In this document: piece by piece, positions 1 to 11,609 of the stretch
Numbering within the stretch: position 1 is the stretch's first letter
Layout: every line of letters begins with the position of its first letter
Assembly: GCA_037045055.1 (NCBI GenBank)
Contig: JBAOHJ010000001.1
Location: 60,176-124,175 of the forward strand
Source of the DNA: Dermatophilaceae bacterium
GTDB lineage: Bacteria; Actinomycetota; Actinomycetes; Actinomycetales; Dermatophilaceae
Length of the DNA: 64,000 nt
Reading direction: 5' to 3'
The notes under the pieces: generated by a model
What the model was told of the DNA's origin: nothing
The model's database searches: none
Seen by the model: only the letters and a program-made list of their open reading frames with translations
Position numbers and translations under genes: made by a program

Positions 1-1
1 C

Positions 2-844
2 CTGGAGCTGGCCCGCGGCGGTGCGTCGCTGCCGATGCCCGAGCAGCAGGTCCACGAGCAGGCCGACGGGTCTTTCGTCACGGCGTTCCGCCCCCCGCTG
101 GCCGCCGAGGACTGGAACGCCCAGATCTCGCTGATGACCGGGATGGCCGCCGCCGAGCAGATGATCCGCGCCGGCGTGGGCATCCTGCGGACCATGCCCG
201 CGCCCGACCCGGGGGCCGTGGACCGGTTCCGGCGCCAGGCCAAGGCCCTGGGCGTCCCGTGGCCGACCGGGCAGCGGTACGGGCAGTTCCTGCGATCCCT
301 GGACCGCACCGACCCCCGTCAGCTCGCCCTCATCCACGAGGCGACGGCACTGTTCCGCGGCGCGGGCTATACCCCCTTCGACGGAGCCGCGCCGGCCCAG
401 GCCCAGCATGCCGCGGTGGCGGCGCCCTACGCCCACGTCACCGCCCCGCTGCGCCGACTGGTCGACAGGTTCGCACTGGTCGTCTGCGAGGCGGTGAGCT
501 CCGGTGCGCCGGTGCCGCAGTGGGCACGATCGGCGCTGCCCATGCTCCCGCAGATCATGGCCGAGTCCGATCGCCGCGCCTCGGCCGTCGATCGAGCCTG
601 CACCGACGCCGTCGAGGCCGCGACGCTGAGCCCGCACGTCGGCGCGAGGCTCACCGGCACCGTCGTCGACGTCAATCGCCAGGGCAGCGCCGTGGTCCAG
701 CTGGCCGATCCGGCGGTCCTGTCCGCCGCCGCGGGGTCGGCCCGACCCGGCGACCCGGTCACCGTCCTGGTCCAATCGGCCGACGTCGCCGCCGGCACCG
801 TGTCGCTGCGGATCTGCCCGGCCGGGGCGACCGGTCAGCGATAG
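2..844 (+). CDS. RNB-domain exoribonuclease (RNase II/R family), C-terminal part. The 5' end lies outside the window.
   Basis: The frame of ORF 35..844 stays open to the window edge. It contains YAHVTAPLRRLVD, resembling the RNase II/R catalytic signature (Y-x-H-F-T-S-P-I-R-R-Y-x-D). Third-position GC is high. Confidence 0.65.
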   Translation: MELARGGASLPMPEQQVHEQADGSFVTAFRPPLAAEDWNAQISLMTGMAAAEQMIRAGVGILRTMPAPDPGAVDRFRRQAKALGVPWPTGQRYGQFLRSLDRTDPRQLALIHEATALFRGAGYTPFDGAAPAQAQHAAVAAPYAHVTAPLRRLVDRFALVVCEAVSSGAPVPQWARSALPMLPQIMAESDRRASAVDRACTDAVEAATLSPHVGARLTGTVVDVNRQGSAVVQLADPAVLSAAAGSARPGDPVTVLVQSADVAAGTVSLRICPAGATGQR

Positions 845-1602
845 CGTCGCGCCGCGGCCAGCGTCTGCGCGGCATACCCACCGCCGAACAGCAGCGCGTG
901 CACGGCCAGGGCATGCAGCTGGTGCAGGCCGACCCGCTCGCGCCATCCCGCGGCCAACGGGGCCACCGCCCGGTATGCCGCGAGGACGGCCGGCAGGTGC
1001 GGGGCGCCGAACAGGTCGAGCATGGCCAGGTCGTACTCGCGGTGCCCACCATGCGCCGACGGGTCGATGAGGGTGGCGCCACCCGGGGTCCACAGGACGT
1101 TGCCCGACCACAGGTCGCCGTGCACACGCGCCGGCGGGTCGCCGGTGTCGAAGTGCCCCTCGGTGCAGCGTCGCGCGACCGCGTCGAGCACGACGGTGTC
1201 GGCCGCGCAGAAGACCCCGGCGTCGCGGCATACCCGCGTGATGGGGGTCAGACGGTCCAGGGCCCAGAACTGCCCCCAGCCGGCCCGGGGGGTGAGCGCC
1301 AGGGGCAGCGGCGCGGACAGCGGGCCGAAGAACCCGTCGCCGCTCCAGTCCCCGGGCGGGCTGCCGTATGCCGCGGCTCCGGCCAGGTGGGTGCGGGCCA
1401 GGCCCTCCCCGAATCGCTGGGCGGCCAGGCGTGTCGGCGACGCCGTGTCGAGGCGGGCCAGGTCCAGGTAGTCGCGGCCCACGCCGAGCACCCGCACCAC
1501 CGGCACCCCCCCGGGCGCCTGCGCGAGCCAGCGCAGGCCGGCGGCCTCCCAGGCGAAGTACCCGGCCGGCGCCCGGGTCGAGGCCTTGCGGTGCACCAGC
1601 AT
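835..1602 (-). CDS. Fructosamine/aminoglycoside-kinase family protein
   Basis: This is the last 255 aa of ORF 835..2556, starting at MLVHRKAS (ATG 1600-1602). Kinase motifs HGDLWSGNVLW and IDPSAHGGHREYDLAM are present. The upstream part of the ORF is R/P/S-rich noise overlapping the dehydrogenase gene. Confidence 0.75.
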   Translation of the reverse strand: MLVHRKASTRAPAGYFAWEAAGLRWLAQAPGGVPVVRVLGVGRDYLDLARLDTASPTRLAAQRFGEGLARTHLAGAAAYGSPPGDWSGDGFFGPLSAPLPLALTPRAGWGQFWALDRLTPITRVCRDAGVFCAADTVVLDAVARRCTEGHFDTGDPPARVHGDLWSGNVLWTPGGATLIDPSAHGGHREYDLAMLDLFGAPHLPAVLAAYRAVAPLAAGWRERVGLHQLHALAVHALLFGGGYAAQTLAAARRYR

Positions 1603-1744
1603 ACCGGCAGGGTAGGCGCACGCCGCGCGCAGACTCCCGCACAGGCCACCGCGCCGGCCACCCCAGGGCCGCGGACGGCTCGCGGCGCCGACCGCCCGGT
1701 GGCTGGTCGGCGCCGCGAGGCGGGCCCGTCGGGCGGCGGGATCG

Positions 1745-2791
1745 CTACGGCTCGACGGTGACCTTGATGGCCTCTCCCTTGGCGACGATGTCGAAGGCGT
1801 CGACGACGTCGGCGAGCGGGATGTGCCGGGTGATGAGGTCCTTGACGGGCACCTGGCCGGTGGCGATGTAGTGCAGGGCGCGGCGGTTGTGCTCGGGGGC
1901 CGACCCGTTGGCCCCGTGGATGTGCAACTGCCGGTAGTGCACGAGGTTGGAGTCGCAGGTGATCGTCGGGTCGGTCTTGGGCAGCCCCCCGAAGAACGAG
2001 ATCCGCCCGTTGCGGGCGGCCATGGCGATGGCCTGCTCCTGGGTGACGTTGGCCGCGGTGGCGGTGATGACGACGTCGGCCCCGCGCCCGTCGGTGAGCT
2101 GCATGACCCGGGCCACGACGTCGACCTGGGAGCCGTCGATGACCTCGTCGGGGTGGACCGCCTCGGCGGACATCGCCAGCCGGTCGGCGTTGACGTCCAC
2201 GAGGAAGACCCGCCCCGCCCGGTGGACGCCCCGGGCGATCCGGATGTGCATGCACCCGATCGGCCCGGCGCCGAACACGACGACGGTGTCCCCGGGCTCG
2301 ATGCCCAGCAGCTCCTGGGCGTTGATCGCGCAGGCGAACGGCTCGGCCGCCGACGCCTCGTCGAAGCCGACGTTGTCGGGGATGCGGTTGAGGCCGTCGA
2401 CCTTGAGGACCTCGCGGGGCACGACGAGGTACTCCGCGAAGCCGCCGTCGTACTGGTAGCCCATCGAGGTCTGGTTCTGGCAGACCGCCATCCAGCCCTT
2501 GCGGCACTCGTAGCAGTCGCCGCAGGGCACCGCGGCGATGACCTGGACCCGGTCACCGGGCTGCCAACCGCCGGTGACCTCGGCGCCGACCTGCACGACC
2601 TGCCCGGCGATCTCGTGGCCGATGGTCCGCGGCGGTGTGAGGTTCTGGTGGCCGTTGTGGAGGATCTTGACGTCGGTGCCGCAGGTGGAGCAGTTGCGGA
2701 CCCGGATCTTCACCTCGTCCGGTCCGCACACCGGCTCGGGCACCTCTTCGAGGCGGACGTCTCCGGGGGCGTAGAAGCGCAGCGCCTTCAT
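1745..2791 (-). CDS. Zinc-dependent polyol/alcohol dehydrogenase (MDR superfamily, sorbitol/L-iditol dehydrogenase-like)
   Basis: GHEIAG zinc-ligand motif, structural-zinc Cys cluster CGDCYECRKG and Rossmann motif GAGPIGC. The start was moved to MKALRFY (ATG 2789-2791), which is preceded by AGGAGA. Confidence 0.85.
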   Translation of the reverse strand: MKALRFYAPGDVRLEEVPEPVCGPDEVKIRVRNCSTCGTDVKILHNGHQNLTPPRTIGHEIAGQVVQVGAEVTGGWQPGDRVQVIAAVPCGDCYECRKGWMAVCQNQTSMGYQYDGGFAEYLVVPREVLKVDGLNRIPDNVGFDEASAAEPFACAINAQELLGIEPGDTVVVFGAGPIGCMHIRIARGVHRAGRVFLVDVNADRLAMSAEAVHPDEVIDGSQVDVVARVMQLTDGRGADVVITATAANVTQEQAIAMAARNGRISFFGGLPKTDPTITCDSNLVHYRQLHIHGANGSAPEHNRRALHYIATGQVPVKDLITRHIPLADVVDAFDIVAKGEAIKVTVEP

Positions 2792-2856
2792 GGGTCTCCT
2801 CGCGTGAGTCTTCTTCTGAATCTGACTGTTTGCTCGCAGCAATCCTGACAGAACCT

Positions 2857-2887
2857 CTTGACACAGTCAAGATCGGGCAGATATAAG
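2857..2887 (+). promoter_or_regulatory. Candidate mtlA promoter (TTGACA 2858-2863, N18, TATAAG 2882-2887), overlapped by the perfect palindrome CTTGAC-aca-GTCAAG (2857-2871)
   Basis: Read directly in the AT-richer 174-bp divergent spacer between the dehydrogenase and mtlA. The palindrome covers the -35 hexamer, which is typical operator geometry. Confidence 0.45.
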
Positions 2888-2965
2888 GATGAACACAGGC
2901 CCACTATGACCGGGGTCACACCCGCCAGACCCACCCACGCGGTGGGTCGACTCGAAAGGACCGCC

Positions 2966-4975
2966 ATGGCGAGTACGGCAACGACCGCGCAGCGCACCTC
3001 GGCACGGGTGCACGTGCAGAAGTTCGGGACGTTCCTGTCCAACATGGTGATGCCCAACATCGGCGCCTTCATCGCCTGGGGGCTCATCACCGCACTGTTC
3101 ATCAAGTCCGGCTGGCTCAACCAGGGCGGCAACGGCGGCCTGGCCGACACCGGCTGGGTCGCCCAGATCGGCGGCTGGGGGGCCTACGACGGCAAGGGCA
3201 TCGTCGGCCCGATGATCACCTACCTGTTGCCCCTGCTCATCGGCTACACCGGCGGCAAGATCGTCTACGACGTCCGCGGTGGCGTCGTGGGCGCGATCGC
3301 CACCATGGGGGTCATCGCCGGCACGAGCATCCCCATGTTCATGGGCGCGATGGTCATGGGTCCGCTAGGCGGCTGGTCGATGAAGAAGCTCGACGGCCTC
3401 TGGGACGGCAAGATCAGGCCCGGGTTCGAGATGCTCGTCAACAACTTCTCCGCCGGGATCTGGGGCATGATCCTCGCGGTCTTCGGCTTCTTCGCCATGG
3501 GCCCGGTCGTGATCACCCCCTTCGCCACCGCCGCCGGCAACGTCGTCCAGTGGCTGGTCGACCGGGGCCTGCTGCCGCTGACCTCGGTGTTCATCGAGCC
3601 GGCCAAGGTGCTGTTCCTCAACAACGCGATCAACCACGGCGTGCTCACCCCCCTGGGGACCAACCAGTCCCTCGCCGAGGGCAAGTCGGTGCTGTTCCTG
3701 CTCGAGGCGAACCCGGCGGCCGGCCTGGGCGTCCTGCTGGCCTACATGCTGTTCGGCAAGGGCATGGCCAAGGCCTCGGCGCCCGGCGCCGCGCTCATCC
3801 ACTTCGTCGGCGGCATCCACGAGATCTACTTCCCCTACATCCTGGCCAAGCCGAAGCTCATCGCGGCCGCGATCGCCGGCGGCATGACCCAGGTGTTCGT
3901 CAACGTCCTGTTCCACTCCGGTCTGCGGGCACCGGCCGCCCCCGGCTCGATCCTCGCCGTGTACGCCCAGACGCCGGGCGACAGCATCGTCGGGGTCACC
4001 CTGTCCTGGATCCTCGGGGCGGCGGCCTCGTTCCTCGTCGCCGCATTCCTGCTCAAGACCGACCGCTCCGACGACGAGGGCGATCTCGCCAAGGCGACCG
4101 CCGACATGGAGGCGATGAAGGGCAAGACGTCGCTCGCGTCCGCCGCCCTGGTCGGCGACGCGGTCGCCGACGGCGCCCCCCACGGCCCGATCCGCTCCAT
4201 CGTGTTCGCCTGCGACGCAGGCATGGGCTCGTCGGCGATGGGCGCCAGCGTGCTGCGCCGCAAGATCCAGGCGGCCGGCTTCGCCGACGTCACGGTGGTC
4301 AACAAGGCCATCGCCAACCTCACCGACACCGTCGACCTCGTCGTCAGTCACCAGGACCTCACCGAGCGGGCGCGCCAGCGCACCGGGTCGGCGAGGCACG
4401 TCTCGGTGGACAACTTCATGGGCAGCCCGCGCTACGACGAGATCGTCGAGCTGCTCGGCCGGACCAACGAAGGCGCCGCCGCGTCCTCGGCCTCCCCGGC
4501 CCAGGCCCCGCCGGCGCCGGAGCCCCAGCCGGCCGAGCGCGGCGGGGACGTCCTCGCGCCCGGCTCGGTGGTCCTGGCCGGCACCGCGCGCACCCGCGAC
4601 GACGCGATCACCGAGGCGGGCACCCTGCTCGTCGCGGCCGGCGCGGTGGACGCGGCATACGTCGCCTCGATGCACGAGCGCGAGGCGTCGGTGTCGACCC
4701 ACATGGGCAACCTGTTGGCGATCCCGCACGGCACCAACGAGGCCAAGGGCTCGATCGCGCGGACCGCGATGTCGTTCGTGCGCTACCCGCAGCACGTCGA
4801 CTGGAACGGCAAGCCGACCGAGTTCGTCGTCGGCATCGCCGGTGCCGGCGAGGACCATCTCACCCTGCTGTCCAAGCTGGCCAGGGTCTTCCTCGACCAG
4901 GCCCAGGTCGAGCGGCTGCGCTCGGCCCGGACCCCCGAGGAGGTCCTCGACGTGCTCGACAGCGTCACCGCCTGA
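2966..4975 (+). CDS. mtlA: PTS mannitol-specific EIICBA component
   Basis: EIIC N-terminus VHVQKFGTFLSNMVMPNIGAFIAWG, EIIB cysteine site IVFACDAGMGSSAMG and a C-terminal EIIA region with LAIPHGT. The start was moved to MASTATTAQ (ATG 2966), after GAAAGGA. Confidence 0.85.
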   Translation: MASTATTAQRTSARVHVQKFGTFLSNMVMPNIGAFIAWGLITALFIKSGWLNQGGNGGLADTGWVAQIGGWGAYDGKGIVGPMITYLLPLLIGYTGGKIVYDVRGGVVGAIATMGVIAGTSIPMFMGAMVMGPLGGWSMKKLDGLWDGKIRPGFEMLVNNFSAGIWGMILAVFGFFAMGPVVITPFATAAGNVVQWLVDRGLLPLTSVFIEPAKVLFLNNAINHGVLTPLGTNQSLAEGKSVLFLLEANPAAGLGVLLAYMLFGKGMAKASAPGAALIHFVGGIHEIYFPYILAKPKLIAAAIAGGMTQVFVNVLFHSGLRAPAAPGSILAVYAQTPGDSIVGVTLSWILGAAASFLVAAFLLKTDRSDDEGDLAKATADMEAMKGKTSLASAALVGDAVADGAPHGPIRSIVFACDAGMGSSAMGASVLRRKIQAAGFADVTVVNKAIANLTDTVDLVVSHQDLTERARQRTGSARHVSVDNFMGSPRYDEIVELLGRTNEGAAASSASPAQAPPAPEPQPAERGGDVLAPGSVVLAGTARTRDDAITEAGTLLVAAGAVDAAYVASMHEREASVSTHMGNLLAIPHGTNEAKGSIARTAMSFVRYPQHVDWNGKPTEFVVGIAGAGEDHLTLLSKLARVFLDQAQVERLRSARTPEEVLDVLDSVTA

Positions 4976-4987
4976 GCGGCCACGGCG

Positions 4988-5014
4988 CAGGCCGGCGCGG
5001 TGGGGGCCGGCCTG
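4988..5014 (+). terminator. Stem-loop downstream of mtlA (CAGGCCGGC, 9-nt loop, GCCGGCCTG)
   Basis: Perfect 9-bp GC-rich stem starting 13 nt after the mtlA stop. There is no U-tract, as is common in actinobacteria. Confidence 0.45.
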
Positions 5015-5048
5015 TCGTCGCCGCGGCCGTGCGGTCATAATGGGTGCG

Positions 5049-5443
5049 GACGAGTCGGTCAGGCGGTCGCGTCGCCCGGTGCGAGCCGGGCGCCGAGGAA
5101 CGTCCGGGCTCCGTAGGGCGAGGTGGTGGCCAACAGCCACCCGGAGCGATCCGCGGGACAGTGCCACAGAGAACAGACCGCCGCGTATGCCGGTCCGCCG
5201 GCCTTCGCGGTAAGGGTGAAACGGTGGTGTAAGAGACCACCAGCGGCCTGGGTGACCAGGTCGGCTCGGTAAACCCCACCCGGAGCAAGCTCGCACAGCA
5301 GACGCCCGAGGGCGGCCCGCCCGAGTCTGCGGGTAGAGCGCTAGAGCCGGTCAGCAATGGCCGGCCGAGATGGATGACCGCCACCGGGCGGCCGGCACCG
5401 GCCGCCCGGGACAGAACCCGGCGTATCGACCGACTCGTCCACC
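5049..5443 (+). ncRNA. rnpB: RNase P RNA, bacterial type A
   Basis: Conserved blocks GAGGAACGTCCGGGCTCC, ACAGAGAACAGACCGCC, GGTAAGGGTGAAACGGTGGTGTAAGAGACCACCAGC, GGTAAACCCCACCCGGAGCAAG and ACAGAACCCGGCGTATCG. P1 pairing is CGAGTCGGTC (5051-5060) with GACCGACTCG (5428-5437). A -10-like CATAAT lies at 5036-5041. Confidence 0.88.
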
Positions 5444-5560
5444 ACACGCTCCCGCGTCGCGGGGCAAGGGGGTCGGCGAGTCGGTCGGCGTGCTCATCCG
5501 TCGGGGCCCAGGGTCCACTCGCCCGGCGGTGCGGCGGCCCGCGACCCGTAGAGTCCCCAC

Positions 5561-6804
5561 GTGACCGGTGCGCCCGATGCCGCCGACCGGCTGTGGACGG
5601 CTCCGTTCCTCGCCCTCACCCTGGCCAACCTCTGCGTGAGCGTCACCTCCTACGTCCTGGTCGCGACGCTCGCCGGGTATGCCGCCGGGGCCTACGGCGC
5701 GAACCCCGCGCAGGCCGGGCTGGTGAGCTCGGTCTTCTTCGTCGGGGCGATGCTCGCCCGCCTCGTCGCCGGCCGGGTGCTGACCTCCCGGGGGATCCGG
5801 CCGGTCGTGCTCGGATCCCTGGCGGCGCTGCTGGCCACCTGCCTGGCCTACCTGTTGCCCCACGCCATGCCCACGATGCTGCTCGTGCGGGTCCTGCACG
5901 GGATCGCCTACGGGTTCGCGGCGACCGCCCTGGCCAGCGCCGCGATGCGTGCAGTCCCGCCGGCCCGGCGCGGCGAGGGCTCGGGGTGGTTCACCGCCGG
6001 GATGGCGCTGGCCACCGGCATCGCGCCCTTCGTCGGGATGACCCTCGCCCGCGGCGGTGGCGGCCAGGGGGCGGTGTTCGCCGTGACCATCGGGTGTTGC
6101 GTCGTCGCGCTCGCGGCGGCGGCGCTCGTCGCCGGGTCGCTGCCCGCCCGCCCGCCGGCTGGCGCGCCCGCGGGGACGGCGGCGCGGCGGAGCTGGGTGG
6201 GCGGCCTGGTCGACCGTCGGGCGCTGCCGGTCGGCGCGGTCGTGGGGCTGTGCGCCGTCCCCTTCGCCGCGATCCTCGCCTTCTTGTCCTCGTATGCCGC
6301 GCAGGTCGGGCTGCCCGAGGCCGCGAGTGCGTACTTCCTCGTGTACGCCGGCGTCATCCTGGTCAGCCGACCGGCCGCGGGCATCGTCCAGGACCGCCGA
6401 GGCGACGAGGTGGTCGTCGTGCCGATCGTCCTCGCGCTGGCCCTGGGCAGCCTGCTCACCGGGCTGGCCGCCACCGGCCCCGTGCTCCTGCTGGCCGCCG
6501 GGCTGCTGGGCTTGGGCTACGGCACCCTGACCTCGGTCGGGCAGGCGATCGCGGTGGCCCGGGTGGCCCGCGAGCGGGTCGGTCTGGGGGTCTCGAGCTA
6601 CTTCCTGCTCGTCGAGGTCGGCACCGGGCTGGGCCCGGTCGTGCTCGGGCTGCTGGTCGAGCCGGTCGGGTATCCCGGCACCTACGCCGCCGGGGCGGCC
6701 TTCGCCCTCGCCGCGCTGGTGCTCTACCTCGCGGTGGTGCGCGGCCCGCGGACTATCCGTGGCGGCACCGCCGCGGGGGAGGGCCCGGCGGTGCCGCGCC
6801 GGCG

Positions 6805-6808
<4 letters not shown>
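5561..6808 (+). CDS. MFS transporter
   Basis: 415-aa polytopic hydrophobic protein with an MFS-like loop [11 protein letters not shown] after TM2. GTG start. High GC3. Confidence 0.8.
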
Positions 6809-8481
<1,673 letters not shown>

Positions 8482-8598
8482 CTCACACCTCACAGTCGTG
8501 GCCGGCCCGTCGCCTCGAAGCCTATGCCTGGACGTGACCGCGCGGTCGGCGAGGTCGACCGGCACACTCGTACCGTGCGCGGTGTCAACGCAGCGGTG

Positions 8599-8943
8599 AT
8601 GTTCGTCCTCGAGCTGGCGGTGTATGCCGGGGCGCTCGCCTGGGCATGGACCCTGGACTCCGTGGCAGCCACGGCCGTGGCGGCGGTGCTGGCGATCGCG
8701 GTGCTGGTCGGGGTGTGGGCCCGTTTCGGGGCGCCGACCGCGGCGCGGCCCGCGCTGGGGGCGGCGCGGGTGGGGCTGGAGACCGGGTGGTTCGGCGCCG
8801 GGGCGCTGGCATGGCTCGCCTCCGGGCGAGCGACCTGGGCGCTGGCCCTCGCGGGGTGCTGGGCCGTCAACCTCGCCCTTCGTGCGGCATACGGTCAGCT
8901 GCCCACGAGACCCCCCGGGCCGGCGGCCCAGCAGTTACCGTGA
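8599..8943 (+). CDS. Small membrane protein, DUF2568 (YrdB)-like
   Basis: Tail of the frame of ORF 5374..8943, from [15 protein letters not shown]. It has four hydrophobic segments and high GC3. The start could also be GTG 8596. Confidence 0.55.
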   Translation: MFVLELAVYAGALAWAWTLDSVAATAVAAVLAIAVLVGVWARFGAPTAARPALGAARVGLETGWFGAGALAWLASGRATWALALAGCWAVNLALRAAYGQLPTRPPGPAAQQLP

Positions 8944-8947
8944 TGTC

Positions 8948-9598
8948 ATGCGCCTCACCCACCTCGGCCATGCCTGCCTGCTCGTCGAGATGGCCGACCG
9001 GCGGCTGCTCATCGATCCGGGGTCCTTCTCGGCCGGGTTCGAGGACCTCACCGGTCTGGACGCCATCCTGGTCACCCACCAGCACGCCGACCACCTCGAC
9101 GTGGGCCGTTTCCCGGCGCTGGTCAAGGCCAATCCGCGGGCCCAGGTGTGGACCGACCCGCAGACGGCCGAGATCCTGCACGACACGGGACTGCGGGTGG
9201 GTCTGCTCGAGCAGGGCACGGACGTCGCGGTCGGCGACGTGGCGCTCAGCCCGCGGGGGGCGATGCACGCGTTCAACCACGCCGGGGTGCCCACCGTGGC
9301 CAACGTGGGGGTGCGGTTATCGGCGCCGGGGGAGCCGGTGCTGTTCCACCCCGGCGACGCCTACGACGCCGAGCCGGGTGAGGTGGACGTGCTGGGCGTC
9401 CCGGTCAACGCGCCGTGGACCGCGGTGCGCGACACCATCGACTTCGTCCGGCGGATCGGGCCGCGGGGCTTCGTGCCGATCCACGATGCGCTGCTCTCGC
9501 CGACCGGCCGGGCCATGTACCTCGGTCACGTCGGCACGCACGGCGGTCCGGACCTGAGGGTGCACGACCTGGCCGGCCAGGGGGCCGTGACGATCTGA
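8948..9598 (+). CDS. MBL-fold metallo-hydrolase
   Basis: THQHADH metal-binding motif. The start MRLTHLGHACLLVE (ATG 8948) is in the frame of ORF 8624..9598. Confidence 0.8.
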   Translation: MRLTHLGHACLLVEMADRRLLIDPGSFSAGFEDLTGLDAILVTHQHADHLDVGRFPALVKANPRAQVWTDPQTAEILHDTGLRVGLLEQGTDVAVGDVALSPRGAMHAFNHAGVPTVANVGVRLSAPGEPVLFHPGDAYDAEPGEVDVLGVPVNAPWTAVRDTIDFVRRIGPRGFVPIHDALLSPTGRAMYLGHVGTHGGPDLRVHDLAGQGAVTI

Positions 9599-9611
9599 CC
9601 TCGCTCGAGGA

Positions 9612-10370
9612 TCAGTCGGCGGCCAGCGCTGCGGCCCCGACGATGCCGGCGGCGTTGCGCAGCCGGGCGGGCACGATCGGGGTGCGCAGCGCCAACAGCG
9701 GGAGGAACCGCTCGGCCTTGCGCGACACGCCGCCACCGACGACGAACAGGTCCGGCCACAGCAGGTCCTCCAGCACGCCGTAGTAGCGCTGCAGCCGCCC
9801 GGCCCACTCGGCATACGACAGGCCCTCGCGCTCGCGGGCGCTGGCGGCGGCCATCGTCTCGGCGTCCCGGCCGTCGACCTGCAGGTGACCGAGCTCGGCA
9901 TTGGGCACCAGGACGCCGTCGTGGATCAGCGCCACCCCGATCCCCGTGCCCAGGGTGGTGACGACGACCAGTCCGTCGTGGTCCTTCGCCGCGCCGTAGC
10001 GGACCTCGGCCACTCCGGCCGCGTCGGCGTCGTTGACCAGCAGGCAGCGGCGGCCCAGGGCGGCGGCGAACAGCTCCGCTCCCGGTGCGTCGACCCACGA
10101 GCCGTCGATGTTCGCGGCCGTGCGGACCACTCCGTGCTGGACCACCCCGGGGATGGTCACCCCGATCGGGGCGTCCGGCGGCACCTCGCTCTCGAAGGCC
10201 GCCGCGATCCGACCGACGACGGCGGCGACCGCGGCCGGCGTGGCCGGCATGGGCGTCGCGATCTTCAGCCGCTCGCGCAGGAACTCCCCACGCGCCAGGT
10301 CCACCGGAGCACCCTTGATGCCCGAGCCGCCGACGTCGATCCCGAGCGCGACCGTGGGCTGTGGTGTCAT
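9612..10370 (-). CDS. ppgK: ROK-family polyphosphate glucokinase
   Basis: N-terminal [12 protein letters not shown] phosphate-binding loop. Length of 252 aa and overall ROK pattern ([11 protein letters not shown]) fit. Confidence 0.85.
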   Translation of the reverse strand: MTPQPTVALGIDVGGSGIKGAPVDLARGEFLRERLKIATPMPATPAAVAAVVGRIAAAFESEVPPDAPIGVTIPGVVQHGVVRTAANIDGSWVDAPGAELFAAALGRRCLLVNDADAAGVAEVRYGAAKDHDGLVVVTTLGTGIGVALIHDGVLVPNAELGHLQVDGRDAETMAAASAREREGLSYAEWAGRLQRYYGVLEDLLWPDLFVVGGGVSRKAERFLPLLALRTPIVPARLRNAAGIVGAAALAAD

Positions 10371-10392
10371 GACGTCATCCTGCCGGACCGGC

Positions 10393-11256
10393 TCACGGCA
10401 GGGTGAGGATCTCGTGGCCGCTGTCGGTGACCAGGACGGTGTGCTCGAACTGCGCCGAGCGGCGACGGTCCCGGGTGACGACGGTCCAGCCGTCGTCCCA
10501 CATCTCCCATTCCGGGGAGCCGAGGTTGAGCATCGGCTCGACGGTGAAGGTCATACCCGGCAGCATGACGGTGTCGTATGCCGGTGCCGCGTCGTAGTGC
10601 GGCACGATGAGCCCGCTGTGGAAGGCCGTGCCGATGCCGTGGCCGGTGTAGTCGCGCACCACCCCGAGCCCGAACCGGCGGGCATAAGCGGAGATCACCC
10701 GGCCGATGACGTTGATCGGCCGGCCGGGGGCGACCGCGGCGACCCCTCGCAGCATCGCCTCGCGGGTGCGCTCGACGAGCAGCCGGGACTGCTCGTCCAC
10801 CTCCCCGACGAGGTAGGTCGCGTCCGTGTCGCCGTGCACCCCGTGCAGGTAGGCGGTGACGTCGATGTTGACGATGTCCCCGTCCTGCAACGGCCGGGCG
10901 TCCGGGATGCCGTGACAGATGACCTCGTTGACCGAGGTGCACAGCGACTTGGGGAAGCCCCGATAGCCCAGCGTCGACGGGTAGGCACCGTGGTCGAGCA
11001 TGAACTCGTGGCCCACCCGGTCGATCTCGTCGGTGCTCACTCCGGGGGCGATCACCGCCGCGGCCGCCGCCAGCGCCTGGGCGGCCACCCGTGCGGCGAT
11101 CCGCATCTTCTCGATGGTCTCGGCGTCCTTGACCTCCGACCCGGTGAAACGCTCCGGGGCGTCGCGGTCCACGTACTCCGGTCGCGGGATCGATGCCGGC
11201 ACGGCACGCCGGGGGCTGACGGCGTGTGGGGTGAGCAGGGGCGAGGCGAGCGGCAT
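10393..11256 (-). CDS. map: Type I methionine aminopeptidase
   Basis: MetAP metal-site contexts [26 protein letters not shown] and FEHTVLVT. The start is taken at M18 (ATG 11254-11256), giving an actinobacterial-type N-terminal extension. Confidence 0.9.
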   Translation of the reverse strand: MPLASPLLTPHAVSPRRAVPASIPRPEYVDRDAPERFTGSEVKDAETIEKMRIAARVAAQALAAAAAVIAPGVSTDEIDRVGHEFMLDHGAYPSTLGYRGFPKSLCTSVNEVICHGIPDARPLQDGDIVNIDVTAYLHGVHGDTDATYLVGEVDEQSRLLVERTREAMLRGVAAVAPGRPINVIGRVISAYARRFGLGVVRDYTGHGIGTAFHSGLIVPHYDAAPAYDTVMLPGMTFTVEPMLNLGSPEWEMWDDGWTVVTRDRRRSAQFEHTVLVTDSGHEILTLP

Positions 11257-11330
11257 ACCGGGGAGTGTAGGTCGAGGCTCTGAGCGCGGATACCGTGAAG
11301 ACGGCACATCGGGCGGACCAGGAGGCCAGC

Positions 11331-11540
11331 ATGCCGTGGTGGTACAACATCGGGACCGGTGAGGTCGAGGACGACGAGGGCCGGGGGACGGGCGAGGACG
11401 TCCTGGGCCCGTACGCCACCCGCGAGGAGGCCGCCCGCGCCCTGCAGATCGCGCACGACAAGACCGAGCAGTGGGACGCCCAGGACCGTGAATGGGACAA
11501 CCGAGGCGCCGCGCCGGGGTGGTCCAAGGGCGCCGACTGA
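11331..11540 (+). CDS. Small conserved hypothetical protein (69 aa, acidic)
   Basis: [15 protein letters not shown]..., preceded by GGAGG 7 nt upstream. Strong GC3 bias. Confidence 0.55.
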   Translation: MPWWYNIGTGEVEDDEGRGTGEDVLGPYATREEAARALQIAHDKTEQWDAQDREWDNRGAAPGWSKGAD

Positions 11541-11609
11541 GCGCCCCGGGCGGTCCCGGATGACGACGAGCGAGGGACCCGGGCCGGACGGTGACGCCCC
11601 GCAGGGTCG

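Noticed and set aside
2858-2965. N-terminal 36-codon extension of mtlA (ORF start at 2858); similar 5' extensions of the adh, pgi, map, lpd and DUF4191 ORFs
   Set aside because: The extensions overlap promoter or spacer sequence and lack ribosome-binding sites. Internal starts with good SD spacing match the conserved N-termini of the families.
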